A stretch of DNA of 64,000 nucleotides from Myxococcota bacterium (lineage in GTDB: Bacteria; Myxococcota_A; UBA9160; SZUA-336), in NCBI GenBank assembly GCA_965247115.1, contig CBDFGR010000003.1, forward strand, positions 608,821 through 672,820, given 5' to 3'. Positions within the stretch are counted from its first letter, which is position 1. Each line of letters opens with the position of its first letter. The translations under genes were made by a program, and so were the position numbers. The notes under the pieces were generated by a model, which saw only the letters and a list, made by a program, of their open reading frames with translations, made no database searches and had not been told where the DNA came from. Of this stretch, positions 45,472 through 54,753 are shown in pieces.

Positions 45472-46602
45472 CTACCGAAATAGCCCCTCCAGCTTTCGCG
45501 TAGCTTCTTCCTGCATCCCTGGCACAACATGGCTGTACACGTCGAGCGTCATTGCGGCTGAGGCGTGGCCCAGCCGCTCCGAGACAACCTTGACGTTGGC
45601 CCCAAGGGTTAGGAGCTGGGTTGCGGCGGTGTGGCGCAGGTCGTAAAGCCCGCGGGCCCCCTCGATCCCGGCCTCCCAGCAGATCGGCTTGTAGTGCCGC
45701 TCGCGGAGGTTGGCGAGGTCAAGCGGTCGGCCAATCTCGTTCGCGAAGACCAGATCCAAGTCCCGCGCGTACACGCTCCCGAACTTGAGCGCGAGCTCTG
45801 CCTGGCGCGCCCGGTGCCGCCCGAGTGCGCTAAGCACCGGCTCAGGAAGCGGAACGGACCGGAGGCTCCCCGGCGTCTTCACTGGCCCAAGCACGGGCCT
45901 CGAGGCTTCCGTGGTGAGGGCCTGGTGGAAGGTTACGGAGCCGTCCTCGAGGTCCCGCCACCGGACGCCGAGGGCCTCGCCAGGTCGGCAGCCGGTCGCG
46001 AGCATGAAGTCGAAGAGCGTCTCGTGGCGGGAGCCCTGCGCGGCTGCGCGAAACTGGCGGATCTCATCGGCTGAGAGAGCTCGCATTTCCCGGCGCCTCT
46101 GCTTCGGGAGGTTGACTCCCTTCGCGGGGTTCATGGCGAGGAGCCGCCAGCTCACGGCCTGCTCAAGCGCGCTCGAGAGCACGCGATGGACTACTTGGTG
46201 AGTGCGTGGCGAGAGCTCTCGGCCCGCTCGCTCGCCCAGCCGATCGATGAGATCCTGCAGGTCGGCAGGCTCGAGCGAGTCCAGCCGGCGCGACCCGAGG
46301 ACCGGGCGAACGTGCTTCCGCAGGATGAGTTCGTAAGTCTCGCGGGTCCGCGGGCTCACGCTGTGCTTGGAGCGGAGCCATCGATCGAGGTAGTTGGCGA
46401 GGGTTATCCTGTTGGGCTCAACGTAGGTGCCGAGGTCACGGTTCCGAAGGACCGAGTTTAGGTACGTCTGCGCGTCGCGCTTCGTTCCGTGGACGATCTT
46501 CGACGAGTACCGCCGCTTTCCGTTTGCATCGACGCTGACGAACCAGCGCACGAGCCACTTGCGATCGCCGCGTGCTGTGATGTGTCCTGATCTTCGAGCC
46601 AT
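45472..46602 (-). CDS. tyrosine-type site-specific integrase (intact)
   Basis: Arm/SAM-like N-domain. Catalytic residues TGCRPGEAL (R), LRHTAAT (H-x-x-R) and LGHASAAMTLDVYSHV (Y). Confidence 0.9.
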   Translation of the reverse strand: MARRSGHITARGDRKWLVRWFVSVDANGKRRYSSKIVHGTKRDAQTYLNSVLRNRDLGTYVEPNRITLANYLDRWLRSKHSVSPRTRETYELILRKHVRPVLGSRRLDSLEPADLQDLIDRLGERAGRELSPRTHQVVHRVLSSALEQAVSWRLLAMNPAKGVNLPKQRRREMRALSADEIRQFRAAAQGSRHETLFDFMLATGCRPGEALGVRWRDLEDGSVTFHQALTTEASRPVLGPVKTPGSLRSVPLPEPVLSALGRHRARQAELALKFGSVYARDLDLVFANEIGRPLDLANLRERHYKPICWEAGIEGARGLYDLRHTAATQLLTLGANVKVVSERLGHASAAMTLDVYSHVVPGMQEEATRKLEGLFR

Positions 46603-46643
46603 TCTCTAGTCTCCGGTTAGATTCCTCCAGGAGAGCGCATCGT

Positions 46644-47393
46644 CTATTCGTCGACCGAAGTCCTGATCCACGACATCACGACTCCGGTAATGAGTTTGCG
46701 CGCTTCTGAAAGAGACATAGGACTCTCTGGTGGTGATTCCTTGTCGCTGCCATGCCGAGCCGCATCGCCGAGCACAGCCTTGCTGTTTGCCGTTCTCTTG
46801 AAGAGTCCGACCTGCGCGTTCGAAATCCAGCCGCTGTTTACGAGCGGGCTACGACCGCCTATCGCCTCTTCCACGATCTCATAGACTCTGTACAGTGCCA
46901 CGAAACCTAGATCGCCCGTATTCAGTTGCCGTAGTGCATCCAGCATGGGCTCATTCTCACAAACTATGGCCAGGCACTTCTCGATATGATCCGCGGGTCT
47001 GCCGATTGACTCTATGCTGCCGTCCGGCCGACGGATGACAATGGTTGGGGGTACTCCACTCATCCGGATCGACGCTGATTCCGGGCTGACGAATACGTCC
47101 CCGTCGTGCTCGATGCGCTCAATGGAGATACCCGAGCCTCCGAACTGCAGGCGGGCGAGGCTTGAAACAGCCCCAATGAGCTCTTCGGCCAGTGTACGGA
47201 CATCGCGGCCATCGGGGATACCGCCGAAACATGCCGAGTGTAGAATGAACTGACCAGCATCGTTCTTTTCGATGACCGGCTCGTTCGTGAAGGACTCCGC
47301 AAGCATGTGGAGTTGCTCGGGATCACCCTTCAGAACAGCCCGCCATCCAGACTTCTTGTCCCCAACCTCCCACTCTTTCGTCTCTTGCCTCAT
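46644..47393 (-). CDS. hypothetical protein; the C-terminus resembles the DUF4145-type tail of the 60850 gene
   Basis: 249-aa ORF in a visibly lower-GC patch. ...AVLGDAARHG...ARKLITGVVMSWIRT is comparable to ...WLGNDETHY...LKDLIGLVMSWIDT. Confidence 0.6.
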   Translation of the reverse strand: MRQETKEWEVGDKKSGWRAVLKGDPEQLHMLAESFTNEPVIEKNDAGQFILHSACFGGIPDGRDVRTLAEELIGAVSSLARLQFGGSGISIERIEHDGDVFVSPESASIRMSGVPPTIVIRRPDGSIESIGRPADHIEKCLAIVCENEPMLDALRQLNTGDLGFVALYRVYEIVEEAIGGRSPLVNSGWISNAQVGLFKRTANSKAVLGDAARHGSDKESPPESPMSLSEARKLITGVVMSWIRTSVDE

Positions 47394-47498
47394 TGCTTCT
47401 CGCTTAGCCTTTGAGCCACGTCACGCTCGGTACGAGCTTCAATCAGCCTGCTTGTGGAACCATCCATCTCAATTGGCCTCGTTTCCTCCCCTCCTGAT

Positions 47499-48455
47499 CT
47501 AACCACGGAGCCACCGCCGAACTGTCGACGTAGAACTCCCGAGTTCCTTCGCTATCGCACCGGGCGTCATACCTTCACCATGGAGCTCAACCGCTCGCTC
47601 ACGTCGGCGACGGTAGGCAGCCGTTTTGCATCGCGCGGAGCAGAGCGTCCGATCTTTTCTGGCCCGCCCGCGCTCGATCACGAACCAGTTCCCGCACTCG
47701 TCGCAGCGGCGATAGGATCTACGTCCGACGAGATAGTCAGCGACTTGAATCCATAATGCACCCAGCAAGTACTTCGGAACCACGTGGTCACGAAGTGCAT
47801 CCTCGTCAGGGTCGTAAAGCAGCCTGAACTCGGTGTGACTCGTGAGCTTCTTGTTGACCAAGTACTGCGCGATGAAACGTGCCGCGCGCCTATAGTTACC
47901 GGTCTCGATGTAGGGGGTTAGGCTGCTAGGGTGATGTCCGATGTTCACGGACTCTGTCATCGTTCCATCCGAGCTCCGATAGTTGAAAGAGACTAAACGG
48001 TCTTCATCACTCGCTCGGATGCGAATTGTCTTGGCCAGGAACGATTCGTCGCTGGTTGAGATCGCCTCGACGAGCTCAAGCGCGACGCGCATCTCTCTAA
48101 CCTCGGTATTCCACGTCGTGAAGGATTCCCCGGACACGACCCGTCCTTCACCGAGTGCGCCACCTTCTGGGTGAACGTACCAGTAGCGTCCAAGCCTTCC
48201 GTACTGATGGGCGAATCTAGATATCGAGGCTCGCGCTAGCTCGAGGTCTGCGAACTCACGGCAGAGGGCCGGAGACTCCTCTAGCGGGTCGTACCGTCGG
48301 ACCCGCCCCCCTGTCGGACCTCGGTTGTCGATCAGCCACCGATCCTTGCGCACCTCTTTGGGGCGACTGCCAGACTCATCTCGTCCCTCGCCCTCGATCC
48401 ATCTGTATCCTTCCTTGGAGACCTCCGCGAAACAGTGGATCAGCTCGCCTTGCAC
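47499..48455 (-). CDS. hypothetical protein with a C-terminal zinc ribbon plus HTH
   Basis: CDECGNWF...CSARCKTAAYRRRRE followed by MTPGAIAKELGSSTSTVRRWL. GTG start. Confidence 0.6.
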   Translation of the reverse strand: MQGELIHCFAEVSKEGYRWIEGEGRDESGSRPKEVRKDRWLIDNRGPTGGRVRRYDPLEESPALCREFADLELARASISRFAHQYGRLGRYWYVHPEGGALGEGRVVSGESFTTWNTEVREMRVALELVEAISTSDESFLAKTIRIRASDEDRLVSFNYRSSDGTMTESVNIGHHPSSLTPYIETGNYRRAARFIAQYLVNKKLTSHTEFRLLYDPDEDALRDHVVPKYLLGALWIQVADYLVGRRSYRRCDECGNWFVIERGRARKDRTLCSARCKTAAYRRRRERAVELHGEGMTPGAIAKELGSSTSTVRRWLRG

Positions 48456-48551
48456 CAGGCTCTCCCGTTACCGATCTGTGTCTGTTTCCGATCCTATAGA
48501 TTTTCGGTCACAGATGCAAGCTAGTAGCAATCTACGCCAGAGGAGGTCTCT

Positions 48552-48779
48552 ATGAGCAGAAATCACACAAATACGCTCCGAGACGCTGAATGGGCAGCTG
48601 AGCAACTCGGCATCAGTTCATACAGGGTGTACGCACTCGCGCGAGCTGGGATCGTGCCTGCCGTCCGTCTCGGGCGCCTCGTTCGCTTCAGCCCGTCTGC
48701 GATCTCTGAGTTCATCCAGGGCGGAGGGAAGGGACTTGAGGGCGCAGAGCCTCCTCGGACGGTTCGAGTTGAGGGTTAG
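48552..48779 (+). CDS. excisionase/AlpA-type helix-turn-helix protein
   Basis: AAEQLGISSYRVYALARAGIVPAVRLGRLVRFSPSAISEFI is the typical excisionase-family HTH. RBS AGGAGG. Confidence 0.75.
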   Translation: MSRNHTNTLRDAEWAAEQLGISSYRVYALARAGIVPAVRLGRLVRFSPSAISEFIQGGGKGLEGAEPPRTVRVEG

Positions 48780-48875
48780 CCCTTCACGCCGCTCCCTACG
48801 CAGTCTCTGCGGCTGGCCCGAAGGCTGTGAGAAGCATCTGGGAAGGTCCAAGCAGCTGAACGCGGAGCCCCGGTC

Positions 48876-49190
48876 ATGATTGGCTACCTCGTCCTCCCGC
48901 TGATTCGGATGGGTCCTGCACTGTCGACCTGGCTCCTCCACCTCGCGCTCCGCCTAGAGAGATTCCGAATCGTGCGCCTGATTGTGGCCGCGGAGCTCAG
49001 AGCCGAGATCGTTGGCCCACTCCCGCAGCAGCTCATTCGTGTCGAGCAAGCACTCGCCGCAAGGAGGGCCGACGAACTCTGGGATCATCTGGATCAGCTG
49101 GACGCGATCGCATCGCGGGCAGATAGGCGACGCCCGGATGCGAGGGCCTCACGAATGCCGAGGCAGGTGCTCGGTGAGGCTGACCCGTAA
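48876..49190 (+). CDS. hypothetical protein
   Basis: 104-aa ORF with moderate GC3 bias. Followed by the hairpin at 49202-49227. Confidence 0.3.
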   Translation: MIGYLVLPLIRMGPALSTWLLHLALRLERFRIVRLIVAAELRAEIVGPLPQQLIRVEQALAARRADELWDHLDQLDAIASRADRRRPDARASRMPRQVLGEADP

Positions 49191-49201
49191 CCTCAAGTAC
49201 C

Positions 49202-49227
49202 AAGGGCCGGCGTGCAGGCCGGCCCTT
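49202..49227. terminator. 10-bp GC-rich hairpin between convergent small genes
   Basis: AAGGGCCGGC-GTGCAG-GCCGGCCCTT. Overlaps the stop codon of the minus-strand gene. Confidence 0.5.
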
Positions 49228-49447
49228 AGCGGAAGGAAACAGAGAATTGCGAGTCGGAGCATACAACCGTGAGAACAGGCCCCGCAAGGCTCGGCTCCCG
49301 AGGCCAGACCGAATCAAGCGGCCGGCGGGATACGCCCAGCAGCTGGCCGATGAATTGGTCTTCCTTGAAATCGCCTTCGAGAAAAGGCGGAATCCGAGGG
49401 GCCTCGAGCCTGAGGTCGTGGTCGGCGAACTCCGCCGACTCCGTCAT
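49226..49447 (-). CDS. hypothetical small protein
   Basis: Internal ATG of the 167-aa ORF. 73 codons with high GC3. Divergent from prim-pol. Confidence 0.4.
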   Translation of the reverse strand: MTESAEFADHDLRLEAPRIPPFLEGDFKEDQFIGQLLGVSRRPLDSVWPREPSLAGPVLTVVCSDSQFSVSFR

Positions 49448-49508
49448 CAGCTCGGGAGGACGTTGGAGGTGGGCTAAGGCAGCAGCGATTCCTACGGGGA
49501 GGTGACCT

Positions 49509-50381
49509 TTGCTGGAGTCCAGAATGTTCACGGCGGCTCTGAGGTATGTGCAGCACGGCATTCCGATATTCCCACTGCACACGCCGACTTCCGGCGCCTG
49601 TGACTGTTCGCGCGGAGCTAGGTGCAGCTCCCCTGGGAAGCATCCGCGAACGGCGAATGGCGTTCTTGCCGCGACCACCGATCCGGCACAGATACGATCG
49701 TGGTGGGTCGCACACCCTGAGGCCAACATCGGGATCGCAACAGGTGCGCGATCTGGCCTTCTCGTGTGCGACGTTGATGGCCCGCTGGGTGCGAGGTCGC
49801 TCGAGCGAAGGCATCTCCCTCCAACAGCTGTCGTCGAGACCGGTCGGGAGGGTGGACTTCACTACTTCTTCGAATACCCGGGCGGCCACATTCGAAACCG
49901 GGCCGGGCTCCTTGAACGCGTCGACCTGCGGGGCAATGGCGGATATGTGGTGGCACCACCGTCACTTCACGCCTCAGGTCGACGCTACCGCTGGGTCCCC
50001 CAACTCACGCCAAAGACGGTCGGTTTCGCACGTCCCCCAGCGTGGCTCTTGGATCTGCTCAGGAAGCCGGGTGTTCGGCAGCCGACACGCTCTTCCGAGG
50101 AATGGCGAGCGCTTGCTGCGAACGGCGTCCGGGAGGGTGAGCGCCACTCTTCGCTCTGCTCGCTAGCTGGGAAGGTCTTTCGAAGCAATCTCGACCAGGT
50201 TCTGGGATGCGAACTGCTCCATGCCTGGAACCACGCGTGCTGCCGACCTCCGCTGCCACACGGAGAAGCGGAGAAGGTGATCTCCGATATCCGGGGGCGT
50301 GAGGATGCCACGAGGCAGTCGCAGCAGGCGCCCGGGAGTCGCTTCCCCGATCTCGCGGTTACTCGGCGGCTTACCGAATGA
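49509..50381 (+). CDS. bifunctional DNA primase/polymerase (Prim-Pol) with a PriCT-like C-terminus
   Basis: GIPIFPLH...PGKHP, LLVCDVDG, VDLRGNGGYVVAPPS...YRW. TTG start with GGAGG 6 nt upstream. Confidence 0.8.
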   Translation: MLESRMFTAALRYVQHGIPIFPLHTPTSGACDCSRGARCSSPGKHPRTANGVLAATTDPAQIRSWWVAHPEANIGIATGARSGLLVCDVDGPLGARSLERRHLPPTAVVETGREGGLHYFFEYPGGHIRNRAGLLERVDLRGNGGYVVAPPSLHASGRRYRWVPQLTPKTVGFARPPAWLLDLLRKPGVRQPTRSSEEWRALAANGVREGERHSSLCSLAGKVFRSNLDQVLGCELLHAWNHACCRPPLPHGEAEKVISDIRGREDATRQSQQAPGSRFPDLAVTRRLTE

Positions 50382-51691
50382 TGCTGCCCAAGCCCGGCCC
50401 CGAGATCTTCCACGGGCTCGCTGGAGAGCTAGTCGACTTGTTCAAGCCTTACACCGAGGCCGGGTCAGTGGCCATTGCTGTGCAGCACCTGGTCATGTTT
50501 GGAAACGCCGCCGGGTCAGGACCCGTATCCCACGTTGGCGAGACCCCACACCACACCAACGAGAATGTGCTGATCGTTGGAACCTCGTCGCGAGCGCGGA
50601 AGGGGGACTCCGGGAACATAGCCAGCAAGCCTCTGTGCGATGCGGACCCGACTTGGACGGAGAACATCGCGAGCGGGCTCAGCTCTGGAGAGGGCCTAAT
50701 TCATGCCGTCCGCGATCCGGTCTGGAAGGACTCCGAGGGCGAGAGGGTCCTCGTAGATTCGGGCGTCAGCGACAAGCGGCTGTGCGTGCTCGAGACCGAG
50801 TTCAGCACGGCTCTGAAACAGTTCTCCAGACAGGGGAATGTGCTCTCGAGCGTTCTCCGGGACGCATGGGACTGCAAACCTGTGCTCCGCACACTCACCA
50901 AGAACAGCCCGCTCCGCGCTACCGGAGCGCATATCAGCATCGTCGCGCATACGACTCCCGAGGATCTCCACGCCCATCTCACTGACGTCGATACAGCGAA
51001 CGGGCTCGGCAACCGCTTTATCGTGATTCTGACCCACCGCGAGCGGAAGCTTCCCAATCCGGGTCGCGCCCCGAGCAGCCAGGTCGCAGCCCTGGCGTCT
51101 CAGGTGCGACGATCACTCGACTTCGCCAGAGAGGTATCGGAGATCCGCCGGAGCCGGGACGCGGAGCGTCTATGGGGTGAGGTGTACGAGCAGCTGACAG
51201 AGGACAAGCCCGGGCTCATTGGAAAGCTCCTTGCGCGATCGGAGAGCCACGTGCTCAGGCTTTCCGCGCTATACGCGCTTTACGCGCGCTCCCCGCATAT
51301 AGATACAGATCACCTTCTCTCTGCTCTAGCACTGTGGGACTACTCAGAAGCAAGCGTTCATAGCATCTTCGGCCAACGAACTGGAAGACCTGGGGCAGAC
51401 AGGATCTTGACGGGGATGATGGTGGGAGAGGAGCTAAACCTCACTCAGGTTCGCTCTCAGATCTTCTCAAACCACATCAGCCAAGCTGGCTTAGACCTAG
51501 ACCTCAGGCTTCTTGAGGAACTAGGACTGATACGAACTCAGATTCGAAAGACTGGGGGACGCCCCGAGTTACTCGTCACCCGTATCGACACAAGTGAGGA
51601 AGAGGATAAGGGTCCCCCCTGCGCGGAAAGCGCTTCAAGCGCGGAAAGCGAGGAATCTGCTGGGGCGTCGGCGCCTGAGGGGTCAGTGTGA
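50378..51691 (+). CDS. DUF3987-family protein (YfjI-like, helicase/replication-associated)
   Basis: ATGA overlap with prim-pol. LSSGEGLIHAVRD, LCVLETEFST and LRDAWDCKPV...ISIVAHTTPEDL fit the DUF3987 pattern as I recall it. Confidence 0.6.
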   Translation: MMLPKPGPEIFHGLAGELVDLFKPYTEAGSVAIAVQHLVMFGNAAGSGPVSHVGETPHHTNENVLIVGTSSRARKGDSGNIASKPLCDADPTWTENIASGLSSGEGLIHAVRDPVWKDSEGERVLVDSGVSDKRLCVLETEFSTALKQFSRQGNVLSSVLRDAWDCKPVLRTLTKNSPLRATGAHISIVAHTTPEDLHAHLTDVDTANGLGNRFIVILTHRERKLPNPGRAPSSQVAALASQVRRSLDFAREVSEIRRSRDAERLWGEVYEQLTEDKPGLIGKLLARSESHVLRLSALYALYARSPHIDTDHLLSALALWDYSEASVHSIFGQRTGRPGADRILTGMMVGEELNLTQVRSQIFSNHISQAGLDLDLRLLEELGLIRTQIRKTGGRPELLVTRIDTSEEEDKGPPCAESASSAESEESAGASAPEGSV

Positions 51692-52068
51692 GCTACCTCG
51701 AGCTGGCTAAGCGCGTGCTCGCGCGAACGGGGGGTAACAGCGCGTACCTCGCCGACCACGCCGACGCTGCGCTCAGTCGCGGATCCCAGGGGGACGCAGG
51801 CGATCCTCTTGGGTTCTTTCTCGCGGACACGACGATCCCAGCTGCGGTCTTCCACTCCCACGCCTTGGATCGGGACTTCATCATGGTCCGGAACGAGGTT
51901 GCCCTCGAGGCTCTGACAGAGGCCGACCACGGCATTCCCGTGCTGTTCTTCGCTGAGGCCGAGATGCTGGGCCGGCTCGAGCTCGAAGGGTTGCGAGCGC
52001 TGCTGAACCTGCGCGCCGCGTTCGGGCCGAGCGTGGCGCTCGTGAGGGTTGACGATGCCCAGAGATGA
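51688..52068 (+). CDS. hypothetical protein
   Basis: 126-aa ORF overlapping the upstream stop by 4 nt. Confidence 0.5.
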   Translation: MSYLELAKRVLARTGGNSAYLADHADAALSRGSQGDAGDPLGFFLADTTIPAAVFHSHALDRDFIMVRNEVALEALTEADHGIPVLFFAEAEMLGRLELEGLRALLNLRAAFGPSVALVRVDDAQR

Positions 52069-52089
52069 TCTCCGACAAGGAGTGGTTTT

Positions 52090-52165
52090 GTGAGCCCTCC
52101 TCGTGCTGCGCCCAGGGCCTGCACCTTCCCGGGTTGCCCGAACCACGCCGCTCGCCGAGGGACTC
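52090..52165 (+). pseudogene. truncated 5' end of an HNH endonuclease paralogue
   Basis: MSPPRAAPRACTFPGCPNHAARRG is nearly the same as the start of the 53430 gene (MSPPRAAPRACTMSGCPNHAARRG). Similarity then ends. Confidence 0.6.
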
Positions 52166-52252
52166 TGCGCCTCGGGTGCAACAAGCGGAGATTCCGCTGG
52201 GAAGTTTTGTCGCGTCCTGGACGGAGGAAACCAGACACAGGAGGACGTCCAG

Positions 52253-52597
52253 ATGCCAGTTCGACTACGAGTAACCATCGTCCGCGACACGGTGCGCCCG
52301 GGTCTCCGACGCTTCCGCGAGGACATCCCACGCAAGCTCAAGATCACGACTCATCGTGCTGGAAGAGCACTCCAGTCCGAAATGCGATCGCGTGCACCGC
52401 GACTCACCGGAGAGCTCGCGCGGCGTATAGAGAGTGACTTCGGCGACACCTTCGCTGCGGTCGGCTCCACGCTACCGCGTGCCCGCTTCCTGGAGTTCGG
52501 GACGAAACGAATGCGCGCCCGGCCTTTCGTGCTGCCCTCGCTAGATCGATTGGCCCCACGCTTCGAGCGGAGCATCTTCCTGGATCTGCGGCGATGA
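52253..52597 (+). CDS. HK97 gp10-family head-tail joining protein
   Basis: RBS AGGAGG then ATG at 52253. ...TGELARRIESD...VGSTLPRARFLEFGT.RM.ARPF is typical of the gp10 family. Confidence 0.55.
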   Translation: MPVRLRVTIVRDTVRPGLRRFREDIPRKLKITTHRAGRALQSEMRSRAPRLTGELARRIESDFGDTFAAVGSTLPRARFLEFGTKRMRARPFVLPSLDRLAPRFERSIFLDLRR

Positions 52598-53433
52598 GTG
52601 AGGAGGAGGTGTATGTGACGAACGACATCGAGATCACCCTGGTGACGATCGCGGATGAGATCAACCGAGAGCACGAGGCAGCCCGAACGGCTGCTGTTAC
52701 TGCAGTCGAACACGCCCGACGAGCAGGTGAGCGTCTTCTCGAGGCCAAGTCCCAGCTCGGACACGGAAAATGGCTGCCGTGGATTCGGGAGCACCTCTCC
52801 TTCTCCGATCGGACCGCGCAGGGATACATGCGCATCGCACGGCGCCTCCCAGAGCTCAACACCGGAGAAGCGCAACGCGTTGCGGATTTGCCGCTCCGGG
52901 AGGCCATGGCGGAGTTGGCGACTCCGAGTACAGCTTCGCTCGATTGGGTCGGCGCTACCGAGTGGAAGGACGTTTGCGAGCTCCAGCACTACTGCGAACG
53001 CCTGATCGACGCTCGCAACGCTATCGACAAGGAAATGGACGAGCTGGAAGCCCGACACCAAGCATGCACGGACATATCCGAGTTGATCCGGATCTACAAA
53101 GCTAACCCGGAGATGCTGGAGTTGGCCACAAAGGCAGCTCGGGTCGACAAAGCGTGGCTTCAGCTAAAGCCGGTGTTTGATTGCCTGCCCTTCCTGATAA
53201 GGAAGTGCGAGGTCAAGATCCTCGAGCTCATCGCTCAGAAGCTTTTCGAACATCCGCCGGCCGACTGGGGCGGCGAGCCTCCCAGGTCGCGCCGCGAGTG
53301 CCTTCGGAGAGTCCGGGATCTGCCCGACTCCATCTTGAACCAGGATGGTGAGATCGACTGGATGCCGCTCGATCTCGCAAGGCGAGAGATCGGAGGCATC
53401 GTCTGGTCCCACATGCAGGGGGCGCCGCTATGA
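52594..53433 (+). CDS. DUF3102-family phage protein
   Basis: ...AGERLLEAKSQLGHGKWLPWIREHLSFSDRTAQGYMRIA is the DUF3102 signature as I recall it. Confidence 0.5.
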   Translation: MSEEEVYVTNDIEITLVTIADEINREHEAARTAAVTAVEHARRAGERLLEAKSQLGHGKWLPWIREHLSFSDRTAQGYMRIARRLPELNTGEAQRVADLPLREAMAELATPSTASLDWVGATEWKDVCELQHYCERLIDARNAIDKEMDELEARHQACTDISELIRIYKANPEMLELATKAARVDKAWLQLKPVFDCLPFLIRKCEVKILELIAQKLFEHPPADWGGEPPRSRRECLRRVRDLPDSILNQDGEIDWMPLDLARREIGGIVWSHMQGAPL

Positions 53434-53789
53434 GCCCGCCTCGTGCTGCCCCTCGCGCCTGCACAATGAGCGGCTGTCCGAACCACGCCGCTCGGCGGGG
53501 GCTCTGCAGAGAGCACGAGCTAGCAGCTAGGCGAGCCCGCGATCGAGAGCGGGGGACATCAGCTCAGCGCGGCTACGACGCGAAGTGGCGCAGACTCCGG
53601 GCGGGCGTCCTCGTAGAGGAGCCGGACTGCAGGTACTGCAAGGAGGCTGGCCGTTCCACGCCAGCAACGGAGGTTGTCCACGCCATCTCTAGACGCAAGG
53701 GTGGGACCGACGAGAGAAGCAACCTGATCCCAGCCTGCAGGCCGTGCGGTTCGCGCAAGACGGCGACGGAGGGCGAACGATGGGGCTAG
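53430..53789 (+). CDS. HNH endonuclease
   Basis: Cys-rich N-terminus. ...VHAISRRKGGTDERSNLIPACRPCGSRKT. A degenerate HNH motif. Confidence 0.7.
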   Translation: MSPPRAAPRACTMSGCPNHAARRGLCREHELAARRARDRERGTSAQRGYDAKWRRLRAGVLVEEPDCRYCKEAGRSTPATEVVHAISRRKGGTDERSNLIPACRPCGSRKTATEGERWG

Positions 53790-53796
53790 CCGATAG

Positions 53797-54177
53797 GTGG
53801 GACTCGTGAGCCCCTGGGCCGCGCCTTCAGCGTGCAGAGTGCCAGGCTGCCCAGATGTGGCGGACCGCAAGGCCAGGGGACTTTGCGCCTCGCATCGGCG
53901 GGAAGAGGACCGGAAGCGGCGCGCGACCGACGCCTTCTATCACACCGCGCGCTGGCTGAAGATCCGCGCCGCGCAGCTCGCGCGGGAGCCGCTGTGCGGG
54001 GCGTGTACGGCTGCGGGGCGCACGACAGCAGCCACCGACGTCGATCACGTCGTGGCGCGAAAGCGAGGCGGCAGTGACCATCCATCGAACTTGAGAAGTT
54101 GCTGCAGGCCCCACCACAGTCGAAAGACTGCGCTGGAAGACGGGCGATGGTCATCAGGCCACATCAAAGGGGGATAG
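53797..54177 (+). CDS. HNH endonuclease (second paralogue)
   Basis: CGACTAAG...DVDHVVARKRGGSDHPSNLRSCCRPHHSRKT, a canonical H-N-H motif. Confidence 0.8.
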   Translation: MGLVSPWAAPSACRVPGCPDVADRKARGLCASHRREEDRKRRATDAFYHTARWLKIRAAQLAREPLCGACTAAGRTTAATDVDHVVARKRGGSDHPSNLRSCCRPHHSRKTALEDGRWSSGHIKGG

Positions 54178-54270
54178 CCCCCTCCATCTCTACAACCGGT
54201 CGGGTCTAGGGAGCAGTGCCTGGTCAAACGTAAATGGTCGAGGGTCCTGAAGTGAAAAGCAGATCAGAAA

Positions 54271-54753
54271 ATGGCGCGTAGCGGACCGCCCCCGAAGCCG
54301 ACCTACTTGCGTCTACTCGAGGGAAATCCGGGCAGAAAGAAGATCTCGAAGCGCGAGCCGAAGCCGCGCAGGCACCGAAAGGCTCCCGAGCCTCCGACCT
54401 GGCTCGACGTGCACGGGAAGCGCGTGTGGCGCTTGATCGCGAAGAAGCTCGTGCGCTTCGGGCTGCTCACCGAGCTCGACCACGTGCCGCTCGCGGCGGT
54501 CTGCGATTCCTACGCTACCTGGCGCCGCTGCCGACAGGTGGTGCTGGAGGAGGGCTACTCGGTCGACACCAAGGAGACGACGAAGCCCCGGCCCGAGGCC
54601 TTGCTCATGGAGCGAGCGCGTCGGGACTTCGTGCGCTTCGCAGCTGAATTCGGGATGACGCCGGCGGCGCGTACGCGGATCGAGGTCGATGTCTTCGGCT
54701 TGATCGGCGAGAAGTCCGGCAAGGATGACTCGGAGGACTTCTTCGGATCGTGA
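54271..54753 (+). CDS. phage terminase small subunit, P27 family
   Basis: GPPPKPTYLRLLEGNPGRKK...W......L..LT.LD.......C..Y is the P27-family pattern. Confidence 0.8.
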   Translation: MARSGPPPKPTYLRLLEGNPGRKKISKREPKPRRHRKAPEPPTWLDVHGKRVWRLIAKKLVRFGLLTELDHVPLAAVCDSYATWRRCRQVVLEEGYSVDTKETTKPRPEALLMERARRDFVRFAAEFGMTPAARTRIEVDVFGLIGEKSGKDDSEDFFGS

